Shown in pieces: positions 33,399 through 42,630 of a DNA stretch of 64,000 nt. The notes under the pieces are model-generated. The model was given only the letters and a program-made list of their open reading frames with translations, searched no databases and was not told the origin of the DNA. The stretch spans positions 3,693 to 67,692 of the forward strand of contig CADARO010000007.1 in assembly GCA_902790345.1 (NCBI GenBank), given 5' to 3'. The position numbers and the translations under genes are program-made. This stretch comes from an uncultured Eubacteriales bacterium (lineage in GTDB: Bacteria > Bacillota > Clostridia > Christensenellales > Aristaeellaceae). Position 1 is the first letter of the stretch. Every line of letters starts with the position of its first letter.

Positions 33399-34919
33399 TT
33401 ACTTGTTCTCAGCGTCGTAAGCGGCCTGATAGTCGGCGAGGATCATGTCGCCGCCCATGGCGTGCCAGGTCTCATAAGCGGCCTTCAGCTCGTCCAGGTC
33501 GATGATGCCGGAGATGTACTTCACCTGAGCGTCCTCGATGTCCTGATTCAGCGTGGTGCCCATCATGGTGGCGGTGTCGCTGTCGAAGGTCAGGCAGGGG
33601 TTGCCGATGACGTACTGAGCGTTGTCCAGCAGGTTCTGAGCGTACTCGTCGCGCAGGATGGTGCCGGCCACGGTGGGGGTCAGGTTGCCGTTCACGTTCA
33701 TGCCCAGCTGGTTGAGGCTGTGCAGGGTGGTGTTGTTGTACTCGGTGTAGGTGTTGGCGTTCTCAGCCTCGCCTTCCGGATACGCATAGCGGAAGCCGTC
33801 CTCGTGGATCCAGTAGTTCTTGCCTTCCACGCCGCAGTTGATGGCGGTCTGGCCATCGGCGCTGTTCAGCCAATCCAGGAAGGACAGCACGGCGGGCAGC
33901 TTCTCCTCGGTCACGGCCTTGGTCACGACGATTTCACCGGACGCGCCGATGTTCTGGGGCCAGATCTGGATCTTGCCTTCGTCGTTGGGGATAGCGGTCA
34001 GCAGGGCGACCACGGGCGGATCGGCCACGTAGCCCAGGTTGTCCTCATACCACTGCTGCAGGCGATGGCCGTTGTCCAGGCAGTCCAGGCGCATGAAGGC
34101 CTTGGGGTTCTCGGAGCGCTCGGCGTCGTTCCAGTTGCCGGACTCGATGGTGATGAAGTCGGGGTCGATGCCGCCGGCGGCGTACAGCTCGCGCAGGAAA
34201 TCCAGGCCTTCCTGGAAGTGCTCGTCTTCGAACGCGGGGTAGATCTTGCCCTCGGCGTCCACGCCATACTGATAGGGCGCGCCGCACATGACGGTCATGA
34301 TGCCGATGGTGCCGGCCACGTACTTGCACATGTTGATGCAGTAGGTGTCGTCAGACAGGCCAGCCAGCGCCATGCAGAGGTCCTTGAACTCCTGCACGTT
34401 GGTGGGCTTTTCGGTGATGCCAGCCTCGGCGGCCTTGTCGCAGCGGTAGTAGACACCGGCGCGGGCGTAGTCGCGGGCGCGATAGATGCCATACAGGCGG
34501 CCATCGATGGAGATGTTGTCATAGATGGTCTGCTGGCCGGCAGCCAGGTTCGGATAGTCCGCGATCAGGTCGGTCAGATCCCAGAACGCGCCGGCGCGGG
34601 CGGAGGAGATCATGATGGCGTCGCGGGGGCCCTGCATGACCATGACCTCGGGCATGTTGCTCGGGTCGGCCAGGGTCAGGGAGGTCATCTCGCCGTAAGC
34701 GGAGTCGGCGACCCAGGTGATGTCCATCTTCACGCCGGTGGCGTCATAGATGGCCTGCAGGATGGGGTTGCCGTCCTCCAGGGACACCCAGTCATACTGA
34801 GAGTTGAAGTCGGGAAGCATGATCTTGATGGTCATGTCCTCTTTGGCGTCGGCGGACGCGAAGCTCGCGAAGGAGAACAGCATCGCCAGAGCCAGAACCA
34901 GGGAAAGGATCTTCTTCAT
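33399..34919 (-). CDS. Extracellular solute-binding protein of a sugar ABC transporter (LplA-like)
   Basis: Signal peptide MKKILSLVLALAMLFSFASFASA. About 500-aa family-1 SBP. AAGGAGG RBS. Confidence 0.9.
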   Translation of the reverse strand: MKKILSLVLALAMLFSFASFASADAKEDMTIKIMLPDFNSQYDWVSLEDGNPILQAIYDATGVKMDITWVADSAYGEMTSLTLADPSNMPEVMVMQGPRDAIMISSARAGAFWDLTDLIADYPNLAAGQQTIYDNISIDGRLYGIYRARDYARAGVYYRCDKAAEAGITEKPTNVQEFKDLCMALAGLSDDTYCINMCKYVAGTIGIMTVMCGAPYQYGVDAEGKIYPAFEDEHFQEGLDFLRELYAAGGIDPDFITIESGNWNDAERSENPKAFMRLDCLDNGHRLQQWYEDNLGYVADPPVVALLTAIPNDEGKIQIWPQNIGASGEIVVTKAVTEEKLPAVLSFLDWLNSADGQTAINCGVEGKNYWIHEDGFRYAYPEGEAENANTYTEYNNTTLHSLNQLGMNVNGNLTPTVAGTILRDEYAQNLLDNAQYVIGNPCLTFDSDTATMMGTTLNQDIEDAQVKYISGIIDLDELKAAYETWHAMGGDMILADYQAAYDAENK

Positions 34920-34978
34920 GGGGGTACCTCCTTATAGAATTGTGTTATTCCAAGCGCAGATTGCGCCGATAACCGGTT

Positions 34979-35938
34979 TTAACCCTTCAGAGCGCCCACC
35001 ATGACGCCCTTCACGAAGTACTTCTGCAGGAACGGATACACGCACATGATCGGCACCGTGGCCACCACGATGACGGCCATCTTCACCGACTGGGCCGGCG
35101 GCTCCACGAAGTTGGGGTCCATGAGGCTCATGTCGCCCGCGGAGGCCTCGGCCTGCACGATGATGGAGCGCAGCAGCAGCTGCAGCGGATACATCTTGCT
35201 GTCGGTGAGGTAGATCATGGCGGAGAAGTAGCTGTTCCAGTGGCCCACCGCGTAGAACAGGCCGAAGGTGGCCAGCACGGGCAGGGACAGGGGCAGCACG
35301 ATCCGCACCAGGGTGGTCAGGTCGTTGCAGCCGTCCAGATAGGCGCTCTCCTCCAGCTCCTGGGGAATGCCCTGGAAGAAGTTCTTCACGATCATCATGT
35401 TGTAGGCGGAGATGGCGCCGGGCAGGATGATGGCCCAGTAGGTGCCCCTGAGCTTCAGGATGCTGGCCACCAGGATGTAGCCGGGGATCATGCCGCCGGA
35501 GAAGAACATGGAGATGATGACCATGGTCAGGATGGGATTGCGGAAGCGCAGATACTTCTTGCTGATGGGATAGGCCATGGTGACGGTGAAGAACAGGTTG
35601 ATGAGCGTGCCGCACACGGTGATGAACACGCTGTTGCCAAAGGAGCGGATCAGCTTGTTGGACGCGAAGATGAACTTGTAGGCGTCCAGCGTCACGTCGT
35701 GGGGGATGATGAACATGGGCCGGGTCTGCAGCTCGAACTCCGTGGCGAAGGACGCGCCGATGACGTAGATCAGGGGCAGCACCGTGGTGATGGAAGCAAG
35801 TCCCACGATCAGGTAGTTGATGACGTCGAACATGATGCTGCCGCGGGAATTGTAGACGCCCACAGCGCCCTCATGCACGGCGATCTTTTTGCCGTTGACC
35901 GTCGCGGTCTCGTGTCTCTTTTTCTTATCTTCTGCCAT
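34979..35938 (-). CDS. Carbohydrate ABC transporter permease (LplC-like)
   Basis: LEESAYLDGCNDLTTLVRIVLPLSLP. C-terminus FLQKYFVKGVMVGALKG, paralogous to 7681..8598. A GGAAGGAGG RBS precedes MAEDKKK. Confidence 0.9.
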   Translation of the reverse strand: MAEDKKKRHETATVNGKKIAVHEGAVGVYNSRGSIMFDVINYLIVGLASITTVLPLIYVIGASFATEFELQTRPMFIIPHDVTLDAYKFIFASNKLIRSFGNSVFITVCGTLINLFFTVTMAYPISKKYLRFRNPILTMVIISMFFSGGMIPGYILVASILKLRGTYWAIILPGAISAYNMMIVKNFFQGIPQELEESAYLDGCNDLTTLVRIVLPLSLPVLATFGLFYAVGHWNSYFSAMIYLTDSKMYPLQLLLRSIIVQAEASAGDMSLMDPNFVEPPAQSVKMAVIVVATVPIMCVYPFLQKYFVKGVMVGALKG

Positions 35939-35955
35939 GATGTGCGCCTCCTTCC

Positions 35956-36903
35956 TCAATAGAGTCCTTCTTCACCCAGCATGTGGGCGATCTTGTTGGT
36001 GCCGACGACCATGATGACCGAGACGATGCTCTTCAGCAGGCCCACGGCCGCCGCGTAGGAATACTGGCTGTTCTGGATACCGCTCTGATACACGAACACG
36101 TCCAGGGTCTGGCTGACGCTGCGGTTCTTGGCGTTGGCCATCAGGATCAGCTGCTCGTAGCCGGTGTCCAGCACCGAGCCCATGCGCAGCACCAGCATCA
36201 GCACGATGGTGGAGCGGATGGCGGGCAGGGTGATGTGCCACAGGCGCTGGGCGCGGTTCGCGCCGTCGATCATGGCCGCCTCGTAGAGCTGAGTGTCCAC
36301 GTTGGTCAGCGCGGCCAGGAAGATGATGGTGCCCCAGCCGGTTTCCTTCCAGATGTTCTGGCCCACGATCATCCAGCGGAAGAGCTTCGGGTCGCCCAGG
36401 AAGTCCACCTTGGTGCCGGTGATCTGGGCGGCGAAGCGGCCGATGAGGCCGGAGGCGCCGAAGATGACGTAGGTGATGGACACCACGATGACGATGGAGA
36501 TGAAGTGCGGCACATATAGCAGCGTCTGGGTGAGCTTCTTGTAGTGCAGCGAACGGATCTCGTTCAGCATCAACGCCAGGATGATGGGCGCCGGGAAGGT
36601 GAGCACGATGCTCATGAAGGAGAGGATCAGCGTGTTGACGAGGTACAGGGACCAGTTGGACTTGAAGAAGAACTGGAACCAGTACAGCCCCACCCACTTG
36701 CTGCCGAGAATGCCGGAAAAGGGCACGTAGTTCTCAAAGGCAATGACGATGCCGAACATGGGCAAATACTTGAATACCAGGAAATACACGATGCCGGGGA
36801 TCATCAGAATGTATAGCCAAAGGTGCTTTCTGATGTCGCTGCCCAGCTGGTGCCAGTATTTCCCCTTGCCGCTCTTCGTGGCAACCTGACCTGCGCTGCT
36901 CAT
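35956..36903 (-). CDS. Sugar ABC transporter permease (LplB-like)
   Basis: LWLYILMIPGIVYFLVFKYLPMFGIVIAFENY and YEAAMIDGANRAQRLWHITLPAI. A GGAAGGAG RBS precedes MSSAGQ. Confidence 0.9.
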   Translation of the reverse strand: MSSAGQVATKSGKGKYWHQLGSDIRKHLWLYILMIPGIVYFLVFKYLPMFGIVIAFENYVPFSGILGSKWVGLYWFQFFFKSNWSLYLVNTLILSFMSIVLTFPAPIILALMLNEIRSLHYKKLTQTLLYVPHFISIVIVVSITYVIFGASGLIGRFAAQITGTKVDFLGDPKLFRWMIVGQNIWKETGWGTIIFLAALTNVDTQLYEAAMIDGANRAQRLWHITLPAIRSTIVLMLVLRMGSVLDTGYEQLILMANAKNRSVSQTLDVFVYQSGIQNSQYSYAAAVGLLKSIVSVIMVVGTNKIAHMLGEEGLY

Positions 36904-37100
36904 AGGCAATGCTCCTTCCTCTGGAGAAATGTATTCCAATAAGAAAAATTCTAGCAGAAACATACAGAACTGTCAATCGCGATTTGTCCTAATAAATGTA
37001 ATTTTCCGATTGTTTGGTAAATGAAGCAGTAAACATTAACACATCACTGATATACTGAGCCTGTTTCGCGAACCCGCCCGGACACAAAGGAGGCCCGCTC

Positions 37101-39188
37101 ATGGAATTCATGGATTTTTTGAAAAAACCGCCCCGCGAATACACCCCCGTGCCCTTCTGGTTCCTCAACGGCGACCTCGATGAGGAGGAGCTTCGCCGCC
37201 AGCTGCGCGATTTCGACGCCCACGGCGTTCACGGCGTGGTGCTGCATCCCCGCATCGGCCTGAGCGACCACATCGCCTATCTCTCGGCGGATTTCTTTCG
37301 CTGCGTCCGCGCCGCCATCGAGGAGGCTGCCGCGCTGGACATGCGGGTGGTGCTCTACGATGAGGGCATGTATCCCTCCGGCTCGGCCTGCGGCCAGGTG
37401 GTGAAGGATCATCCCGAGCTGGCCAGCCGGGGCCTGGTGCTGACGGACAGCCCCCTGCCCGGCGACAATGTGCTTTGCCAAACCGAAGAAGGCGCGCTGG
37501 TTGAGCGCTTCTCCGGCGGCACCATCCGGGGCATCCACTTCGGCGAGGACGACGGCGAGCCCTTCGCCCCGAAGAGCGCCGACATCCTGAACCCGGAGGC
37601 GGTGGCCCGGTTCATTCAGCTGACCCATGAGGCCTACTGGCGGGAGTTCCGGCCCTGGTTCGGCAGCACGATCATCGGCTTCTTCACCGACGAGCCCTCC
37701 ATCCTGGGCCGCAACGCCCCCCGGGGCATGATGCCCTGGACGGCGGGCTTCGACAAGATCTTCACCGAAGCGGGCGGCCGGCTGGAAGAGCTGACCGCGC
37801 TGTTCAACGGCGGGGAGAACGAGGGCACCCGGCTGTATCACGCGCTGATCCTGGATCGGGAGAGCCACGTGTACTATGAGAGCCTGTCGAAATGGTGCGA
37901 GGCCCATGGCATCGCCCTCATGGGACACCCCCATCAGAGCGACGACATCGAGGTGGAAAAGTACTTCCACGTGCCCGGGCAGGATCTGGTGCTGCGCTGG
38001 ATCGCCCCGGAGACCGGCGACCTGGCCGCCATGGACACGGTTATGGCCAAGTGCTCCGCCGACGCCGCCCGGCTCATGGGCCGCCCCCGCAACTCCAACG
38101 AGTGCTACGGCGCCTGCAATCGGAACGGCAATCCCTGGTACTTCACCGGCGGCGACATGAAGTGGTACACCGACTATCTGGCGGTGCGGGGCGTGAACCT
38201 GTTCATTCCCCACGCCTTCTATTACAGCCTGGCTGGTCAGCGCAGCGGGGAGCGTCCGCCGGATGTGGGCCCCGGCAGCAACTGGTGGCCCCGTTATCAC
38301 ATGTGGGCCGATTACCTCACCCGCCTGTCCTGGCTGATGTCGGATATCGACCTGCACGCCGACATCGCCGTGCTCTGCAAAAACCGGGATCTGCGGCCGG
38401 AGCTGGCGGCACCGCTGTTCGCGGGGCAGAAGGGCTTTCAGTATCTGCCCGAGAGCGTGTGGTCCGAGTGCCATGAGGAGGACGGCGCGCTGGTCTGCCG
38501 GGGCAGGCGGTATCGGGCCGTGCTGGGGGAGAGCGACATGTTCCCCGCTGTGCCCCACACCGCCGATGCCATCTCGCCGGACTGCCTGGCGGAGCCGGCG
38601 CGGGACACGCTGCGCGTCGCCCGGTTCACGAAGGCCGGCGTGGCATGCTGGCTGCTGGTGAACGCGGGGGAGGAGGCCATCGAGACCCGGCTGACCCTGT
38701 CCACCGACCGGCCCGTGGGGGCGTATGATCTCTGGCGCGGCGCGGCGCGTCGCGTTGAGACCGACCGCGCGGACGCCGGGCGTTCGCTGACGCTGCGCCT
38801 GGCCCGGCGGGAGAGCCTGCTGCTGTTCGCCTGCGATGAGGCGGAATGGCGGGCGCTGGACGCCGCCGCCGAGCCCGTGGCGCTGCCCCGGCCGCGCTTC
38901 CAGATGATCGGCGAGGACGAGACCGCCATCACGAAGACCTACGCCGCGACGCTGACGCTGGACGAGACCCATGCGGGCCGGCCCGCGTCTCTCACGCTGG
39001 AGGCCGAGGAAATGGCCGAGCTGACCGTGAACGGGGTGGACTGCGGCGCGTCCTTCTGGACGCCGCATCGCTTCCACATCCCGGCCGGCGCGCTGCGGGC
39101 GGGCGAGAACGACGTCCGCCTCACGGTGACCGGCAGCCTGGCGAACCGATACGGGAAGGAAAAGGTCTGGTACGGACTGAAGGGATAA
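37101..39188 (+). CDS. Putative glycoside hydrolase (TIM-barrel N-terminus plus jelly-roll C-terminus; family not assigned, GH106-like by recollection)
   Basis: The N-terminus PREYTPVPFWFLNGDLDEEELRRQLRDFDAHGVHGVVLHPRIGL matches the PFW(F/S)WN...GGFF.H.R.G pattern of a recurrent glycosidase-like family. It is divergent from the ABC operon. AAAGGAGG RBS. Confidence 0.7.
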   Translation: MEFMDFLKKPPREYTPVPFWFLNGDLDEEELRRQLRDFDAHGVHGVVLHPRIGLSDHIAYLSADFFRCVRAAIEEAAALDMRVVLYDEGMYPSGSACGQVVKDHPELASRGLVLTDSPLPGDNVLCQTEEGALVERFSGGTIRGIHFGEDDGEPFAPKSADILNPEAVARFIQLTHEAYWREFRPWFGSTIIGFFTDEPSILGRNAPRGMMPWTAGFDKIFTEAGGRLEELTALFNGGENEGTRLYHALILDRESHVYYESLSKWCEAHGIALMGHPHQSDDIEVEKYFHVPGQDLVLRWIAPETGDLAAMDTVMAKCSADAARLMGRPRNSNECYGACNRNGNPWYFTGGDMKWYTDYLAVRGVNLFIPHAFYYSLAGQRSGERPPDVGPGSNWWPRYHMWADYLTRLSWLMSDIDLHADIAVLCKNRDLRPELAAPLFAGQKGFQYLPESVWSECHEEDGALVCRGRRYRAVLGESDMFPAVPHTADAISPDCLAEPARDTLRVARFTKAGVACWLLVNAGEEAIETRLTLSTDRPVGAYDLWRGAARRVETDRADAGRSLTLRLARRESLLLFACDEAEWRALDAAAEPVALPRPRFQMIGEDETAITKTYAATLTLDETHAGRPASLTLEAEEMAELTVNGVDCGASFWTPHRFHIPAGALRAGENDVRLTVTGSLANRYGKEKVWYGLKG

Positions 39189-39213
39189 TCGAGGAATGGC
39201 AGCGCCGGCCCTT

Positions 39214-39359
39214 GGCTCCCCTGAAAGGGGAGCTGCCGCCCAAAGGCGGCTGAGGGGTCGGAATAAATGTTCGCGAGTTTTGCTTTCGTTTGAGATCGCG
39301 GAGCGTGCATTTCCGACCCCTCAGTCAGCTTCGCTGCCAGCTCCCCTTTCAGGGGAGCC
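39214..39359. repeat. 146-bp imperfect long-palindrome (MITE/REP-like) element
   Basis: Left arm: GGCTCCCCTGAAAGGGGAGCTG...CTGAGGGGTCGGAA. Right arm: TTCCGACCCCTCAG...CAGCTCCCCTTTCAGGGGAGCC. Each arm also contains its own small palindrome, CTCCCCTGAAAGGGGAG. Confidence 0.65.
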
Positions 39360-39390
39360 GAGAGACGCACAATTTTCCATAAAGAACCAT

Positions 39391-39430
39391 AAAACGACCC
39401 GCTTCGCGTGATTGCGAAGCGGGCATTTTG
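39391..39430. terminator. Bidirectional terminator hairpin downstream of sigH
   Basis: CCCGCTTCGC, loop GTGATT, GCGAAGCGGG, flanked by an A-run and a T-run. Confidence 0.65.
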
Positions 39431-39438
39431 TATAATAA

Positions 39439-40068
39439 TCAGTGCCTGTCCCGCTCGGACAGCAGCTTTTGCAGCTTGCGCTTGATGCGCTGCAGCGCGT
39501 TGTCGATGGACTTCACGTGGCGGCCCAGCTCGTCGGAGATGTCCTGATAGCTCTTGCCGTCCAGATAGCGCAGGAGCACCTGCTTCTCCAGGGGGGACAG
39601 CATGTCGCCGATGCGGCCCTCGATGAGGGCGATGTCCTCCCGGGAGATGAGCAGCTCCTCCGGGCTGGAGGCCATTTCCTCGCTGATGATGTCCATGAGG
39701 GTGCGGTCGGTCTCGTCGTCGAAGATGGGCTTGTTGAGGGACACGTAGGAGTTCAGCGGGATGTGCTTCTGGCGCGTGGCGGTCTTGATGGCGGTGATGA
39801 TCTGGCGGGTGATGCACAGCTCCGCAAAGGCCCGGAAGGAGGACAGCTTTTCGCTCTTGTAATCGCGGATGGCCTTGTACAGGCCGATCATGCCTTCCTG
39901 CACGATGTCCTCGTGGTCCGCGCCGATCAGGAAATAGCTGCGCGCCCTGGAGCGCACGAAGTTTTTGTATTTATTCAGCAGATAGTCCAGCGCCGCCCCG
40001 TCGGAGGCCTGGGCCAGCGCCACGATGTCCTCGTCGGACATGTCGCGGAAGCGTTCGTTTGCGTCCAT
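39439..40068 (-). CDS. sigH: RNA polymerase sigma factor SigH (Spo0H-type)
   Basis: DIVQEGMIGLYKAIRDYK, FRAFAELCITRQIITAIKTATRQKH, LSPLEKQVLLRYLDGKSYQDISDELGRHVKSIDNALQRIKRKL. It also sits in the conserved position after yacP. Confidence 0.9.
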   Translation of the reverse strand: MDANERFRDMSDEDIVALAQASDGAALDYLLNKYKNFVRSRARSYFLIGADHEDIVQEGMIGLYKAIRDYKSEKLSSFRAFAELCITRQIITAIKTATRQKHIPLNSYVSLNKPIFDDETDRTLMDIISEEMASSPEELLISREDIALIEGRIGDMLSPLEKQVLLRYLDGKSYQDISDELGRHVKSIDNALQRIKRKLQKLLSERDRH

Positions 40069-40605
40069 TTATTGTTCTCCCCGCCGCAGCTTTTCCAGCC
40101 GCGCGCGCACGTCCTCCGGCATGTGCTCCATGATGGTGGTGCGCCCGGAGGCGCGACCGGCCGGATGGGCGTATTGCTCACCGCTCTGCCTGGCCTGGCG
40201 CATTTCGTAGATCAGCTCCCGGGAGCTGATGCGCACCGCGCCTCGGCCGAACACCACGGTCTGCTCCGTGCCGTCCGAGGTGGCCACCCGCAGCTCCAGC
40301 CGCCCCAGCTCCACCTGCCGGGCGTGCTCGTCGCACAGGCGCTCGATGTAGTGGTCCGCGGTCTCGCCCTTCTGGGTGAACACGATGGTCAGCGGACCCC
40401 GGGTCTCGCTGGAGCGCTCCGTGCGGTCGGACAGCCAGGCGTCGAACACCAGCACGATCCGCTGGCCGGAATAGCCCGCGTAGTCGTGCAGGCGAAGGAT
40501 CAGCGCGTCCCGGGCGTCGGCCAGGGGCTTGCCCTTCGACAGCTCCGGCCACGCGCCCAGCACGTTGTAGCCGTCCACCACCAGCAGCCTTGCCTTGCCC
40601 GCCAT
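40069..40605 (-). CDS. yacP: NYN-domain ribonuclease YacP/Rae1-like
   Basis: MAGKARLLVVDGYNVLGAWPEL...IVLVFDA...ETADHYIERL...ATSDGTEQ. Confidence 0.85.
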   Translation of the reverse strand: MAGKARLLVVDGYNVLGAWPELSKGKPLADARDALILRLHDYAGYSGQRIVLVFDAWLSDRTERSSETRGPLTIVFTQKGETADHYIERLCDEHARQVELGRLELRVATSDGTEQTVVFGRGAVRISSRELIYEMRQARQSGEQYAHPAGRASGRTTIMEHMPEDVRARLEKLRRGEQ

Positions 40606-40610
40606 GGAGG

Positions 40611-41765
40611 TCAGCCCCTTCTCGCGTTCACGACGGCATACATCATGATGCCCGCCGCGACAGAGGCGTTGAGCGAGTCGATGTGTCCCTTCATGGGCAG
40701 GCTCAGCTTCAGGTCGCACTTCTTCAGCGTCAGCTCGGAAATGCCCTCGCCCTCCGCGCCGATGACGATGGCCATGGGCCCGGTCAGGTCGGCCTTCAGG
40801 GCGTCCTCGCCGTCCATGGTGGCCCCGACCACCCACAGGCCGTGCTCCTTCAGCGTCTCCAGCGTGCGGTTCACGTTGGTCACGCGCACCACGTTCATGT
40901 ACTCGCAGGCGCCCGCCGACGCCTTCACCGCCGCCGGGGTCAGGCCCACGCTGCGGCGCTCCGGAATGATGACGCCGTGAGCGCCGGCGCACTCCGCCGT
41001 GCGGATGATGGCGCCCAGGTTGTGGGGGTCGGTGATGCCGTCCAGCACCACCACGAAGGGCTCCTCGCCCCGCTCGGAGGCGGTCTCAAAGATGTCGTCC
41101 AGCTCCGAATAGGAGGCGGAGGACACGAAGGCGATCATGCCCTGATGGTTGGGATAGATGGCGTCCAGCCGGGTGCGGTCCACCTCCTGCACCACGATGC
41201 CCGCCGCGTGGGCCTTTGCCACGATCTCCCGGGCCGAGCCGGACAGGTCGCCCCGGGCCACCATCAGCTTCTCGATGTCCCGGCCGGCCTTGATGGCCTC
41301 GCGGATGGGGTTGCGCCCGGCCAGCAGGTTTTCCGGCTCCGCGCTCACCGGCGCGGCGGGCTCCGCCATCAGCCGAGCCAGGGGATCGGTCTCCGTGTTG
41401 CCGAAGGGCGCGTCGAACCGGGCGCGGGGCGGACGGGGAGCTTCCCGCCGCTCAGGACCCTTGCTGCCGAAATCCCGCTTGAAACCCTCTTTTTTAGGGA
41501 AACGGTCTCCCGATTCGCCATAGTTTCGACTGGTTTTAGGGAACTCGTTTCGCCGGCCGCCCTGCGGGCCATCGCCGCGGGTCGGGCGGGGGCCGCGCTC
41601 AAAGCGGTCGCCCCGGTCGGCGTGATAGCCCTCGTCCCGGCGGCCGTAGCCGGTGTCCCGGCGCTCATAGCCGCCTTCCCGACGGCCGTAGCCCTCGTCC
41701 CGGCGCTCGAAGCGGCCCTCACGGCCCTGTCGGCCGTTGTTTTTGCCAAATTTATCGTATGCCAT
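40611..41765 (-). CDS. rlmB: 23S rRNA (guanosine-2'-O)-methyltransferase RlmB with a ~130-aa Arg/Gly/Glu/Tyr-rich N-terminal extension
   Basis: SpoU/TrmH motifs: LDGITDPHNLGAIIRTAECAGAHGVI, IVIGAEGEGIS, IPMKGHIDSLNASVAAGI. The preceding SpoU_sub_bind region is GRNPIREAIKAG. Confidence 0.9.
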   Translation of the reverse strand: MAYDKFGKNNGRQGREGRFERRDEGYGRREGGYERRDTGYGRRDEGYHADRGDRFERGPRPTRGDGPQGGRRNEFPKTSRNYGESGDRFPKKEGFKRDFGSKGPERREAPRPPRARFDAPFGNTETDPLARLMAEPAAPVSAEPENLLAGRNPIREAIKAGRDIEKLMVARGDLSGSAREIVAKAHAAGIVVQEVDRTRLDAIYPNHQGMIAFVSSASYSELDDIFETASERGEEPFVVVLDGITDPHNLGAIIRTAECAGAHGVIIPERRSVGLTPAAVKASAGACEYMNVVRVTNVNRTLETLKEHGLWVVGATMDGEDALKADLTGPMAIVIGAEGEGISELTLKKCDLKLSLPMKGHIDSLNASVAAGIMMYAVVNARRG

Positions 41766-41805
41766 GTATATTTCCTTCCCGGAGCGCGGCGCGGGCCGCC
41801 TCCCT

Positions 41806-42549
41806 TCAATCTGTCTGACGCTTCAGCGCCTGCGCCCGTTCCCGAACCTCGGCGGTTTTGCCGCAGCATTTTTTGCCTTCCGGGCAGGGGCCCCGCAGGC
41901 AGCCGGGGCCGGCGTCCTCAAACAGGGCGGGGGCCGCCTCGTAGGCCAGGGCCAGCATCTGCCAGGCCACGGAGCGGATCTCCCACTGGGCGCGGCTGCA
42001 GCAGCGCAGGCTGAGGAAATGGGTCAGCTCCCGGGCGTTCATGGTCACCAGCATGCGGGTGGCCGCGGCGTTGGGCAGCACGAAGCGGGCGTCCTCGTTG
42101 CTCTTCTCGCCGTCGCCCAGCTTTTTGCGCCAGGCCTGATACCAGCCGTTCATCTGCTCCATCTGGCGGCGGTATTCGGCGGCGTCCTCTTCGCCCAGAG
42201 CCTCGATGGCCGGGGGCACGATGTAGTCGAAGCCGGTCTCGTCGTCGCCCAGGGCCACGTAGCGCTGGGACTGAACGGAAAAGCTGGCGATGCGGTGGCG
42301 GGTGATCTGCGCCAGGAAGCTGCGGGACACGCCCTCGATGCCAAAGGTGAAGGAGGCGTGCTCCACGGGGGAGAGATGACCCATGTCCATGAGCCGATTG
42401 ATGAATTTCGTCTGATCCTTCTTCGCCACGCCCTCGCCCAGATCGTCCAGATCGGAGGCGGAATAGCACAGCTTGGCCGCCATGGCCACCAGCTCCTCCG
42501 GCGCGGGGGTGTATCGGATCAGTTTGACTTTGGGTATAACCTGCGGCAC
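41806..42549 (-). CDS. thyX: FAD-dependent thymidylate synthase ThyX
   Basis: ThyX signature ITRHRIASFSVQSQRY. Confidence 0.92.
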   Translation of the reverse strand: MPQVIPKVKLIRYTPAPEELVAMAAKLCYSASDLDDLGEGVAKKDQTKFINRLMDMGHLSPVEHASFTFGIEGVSRSFLAQITRHRIASFSVQSQRYVALGDDETGFDYIVPPAIEALGEEDAAEYRRQMEQMNGWYQAWRKKLGDGEKSNEDARFVLPNAAATRMLVTMNARELTHFLSLRCCSRAQWEIRSVAWQMLALAYEAAPALFEDAGPGCLRGPCPEGKKCCGKTAEVRERAQALKRQTD

Positions 42550-42630
42550 GTCTCTTTCCTCCCACTCACAAACTGACTCTCTTCTCTTTTCTCTATTCTC
42601 TGTTCTCTCTTCTCAAAAAGCGCGAAGCGC

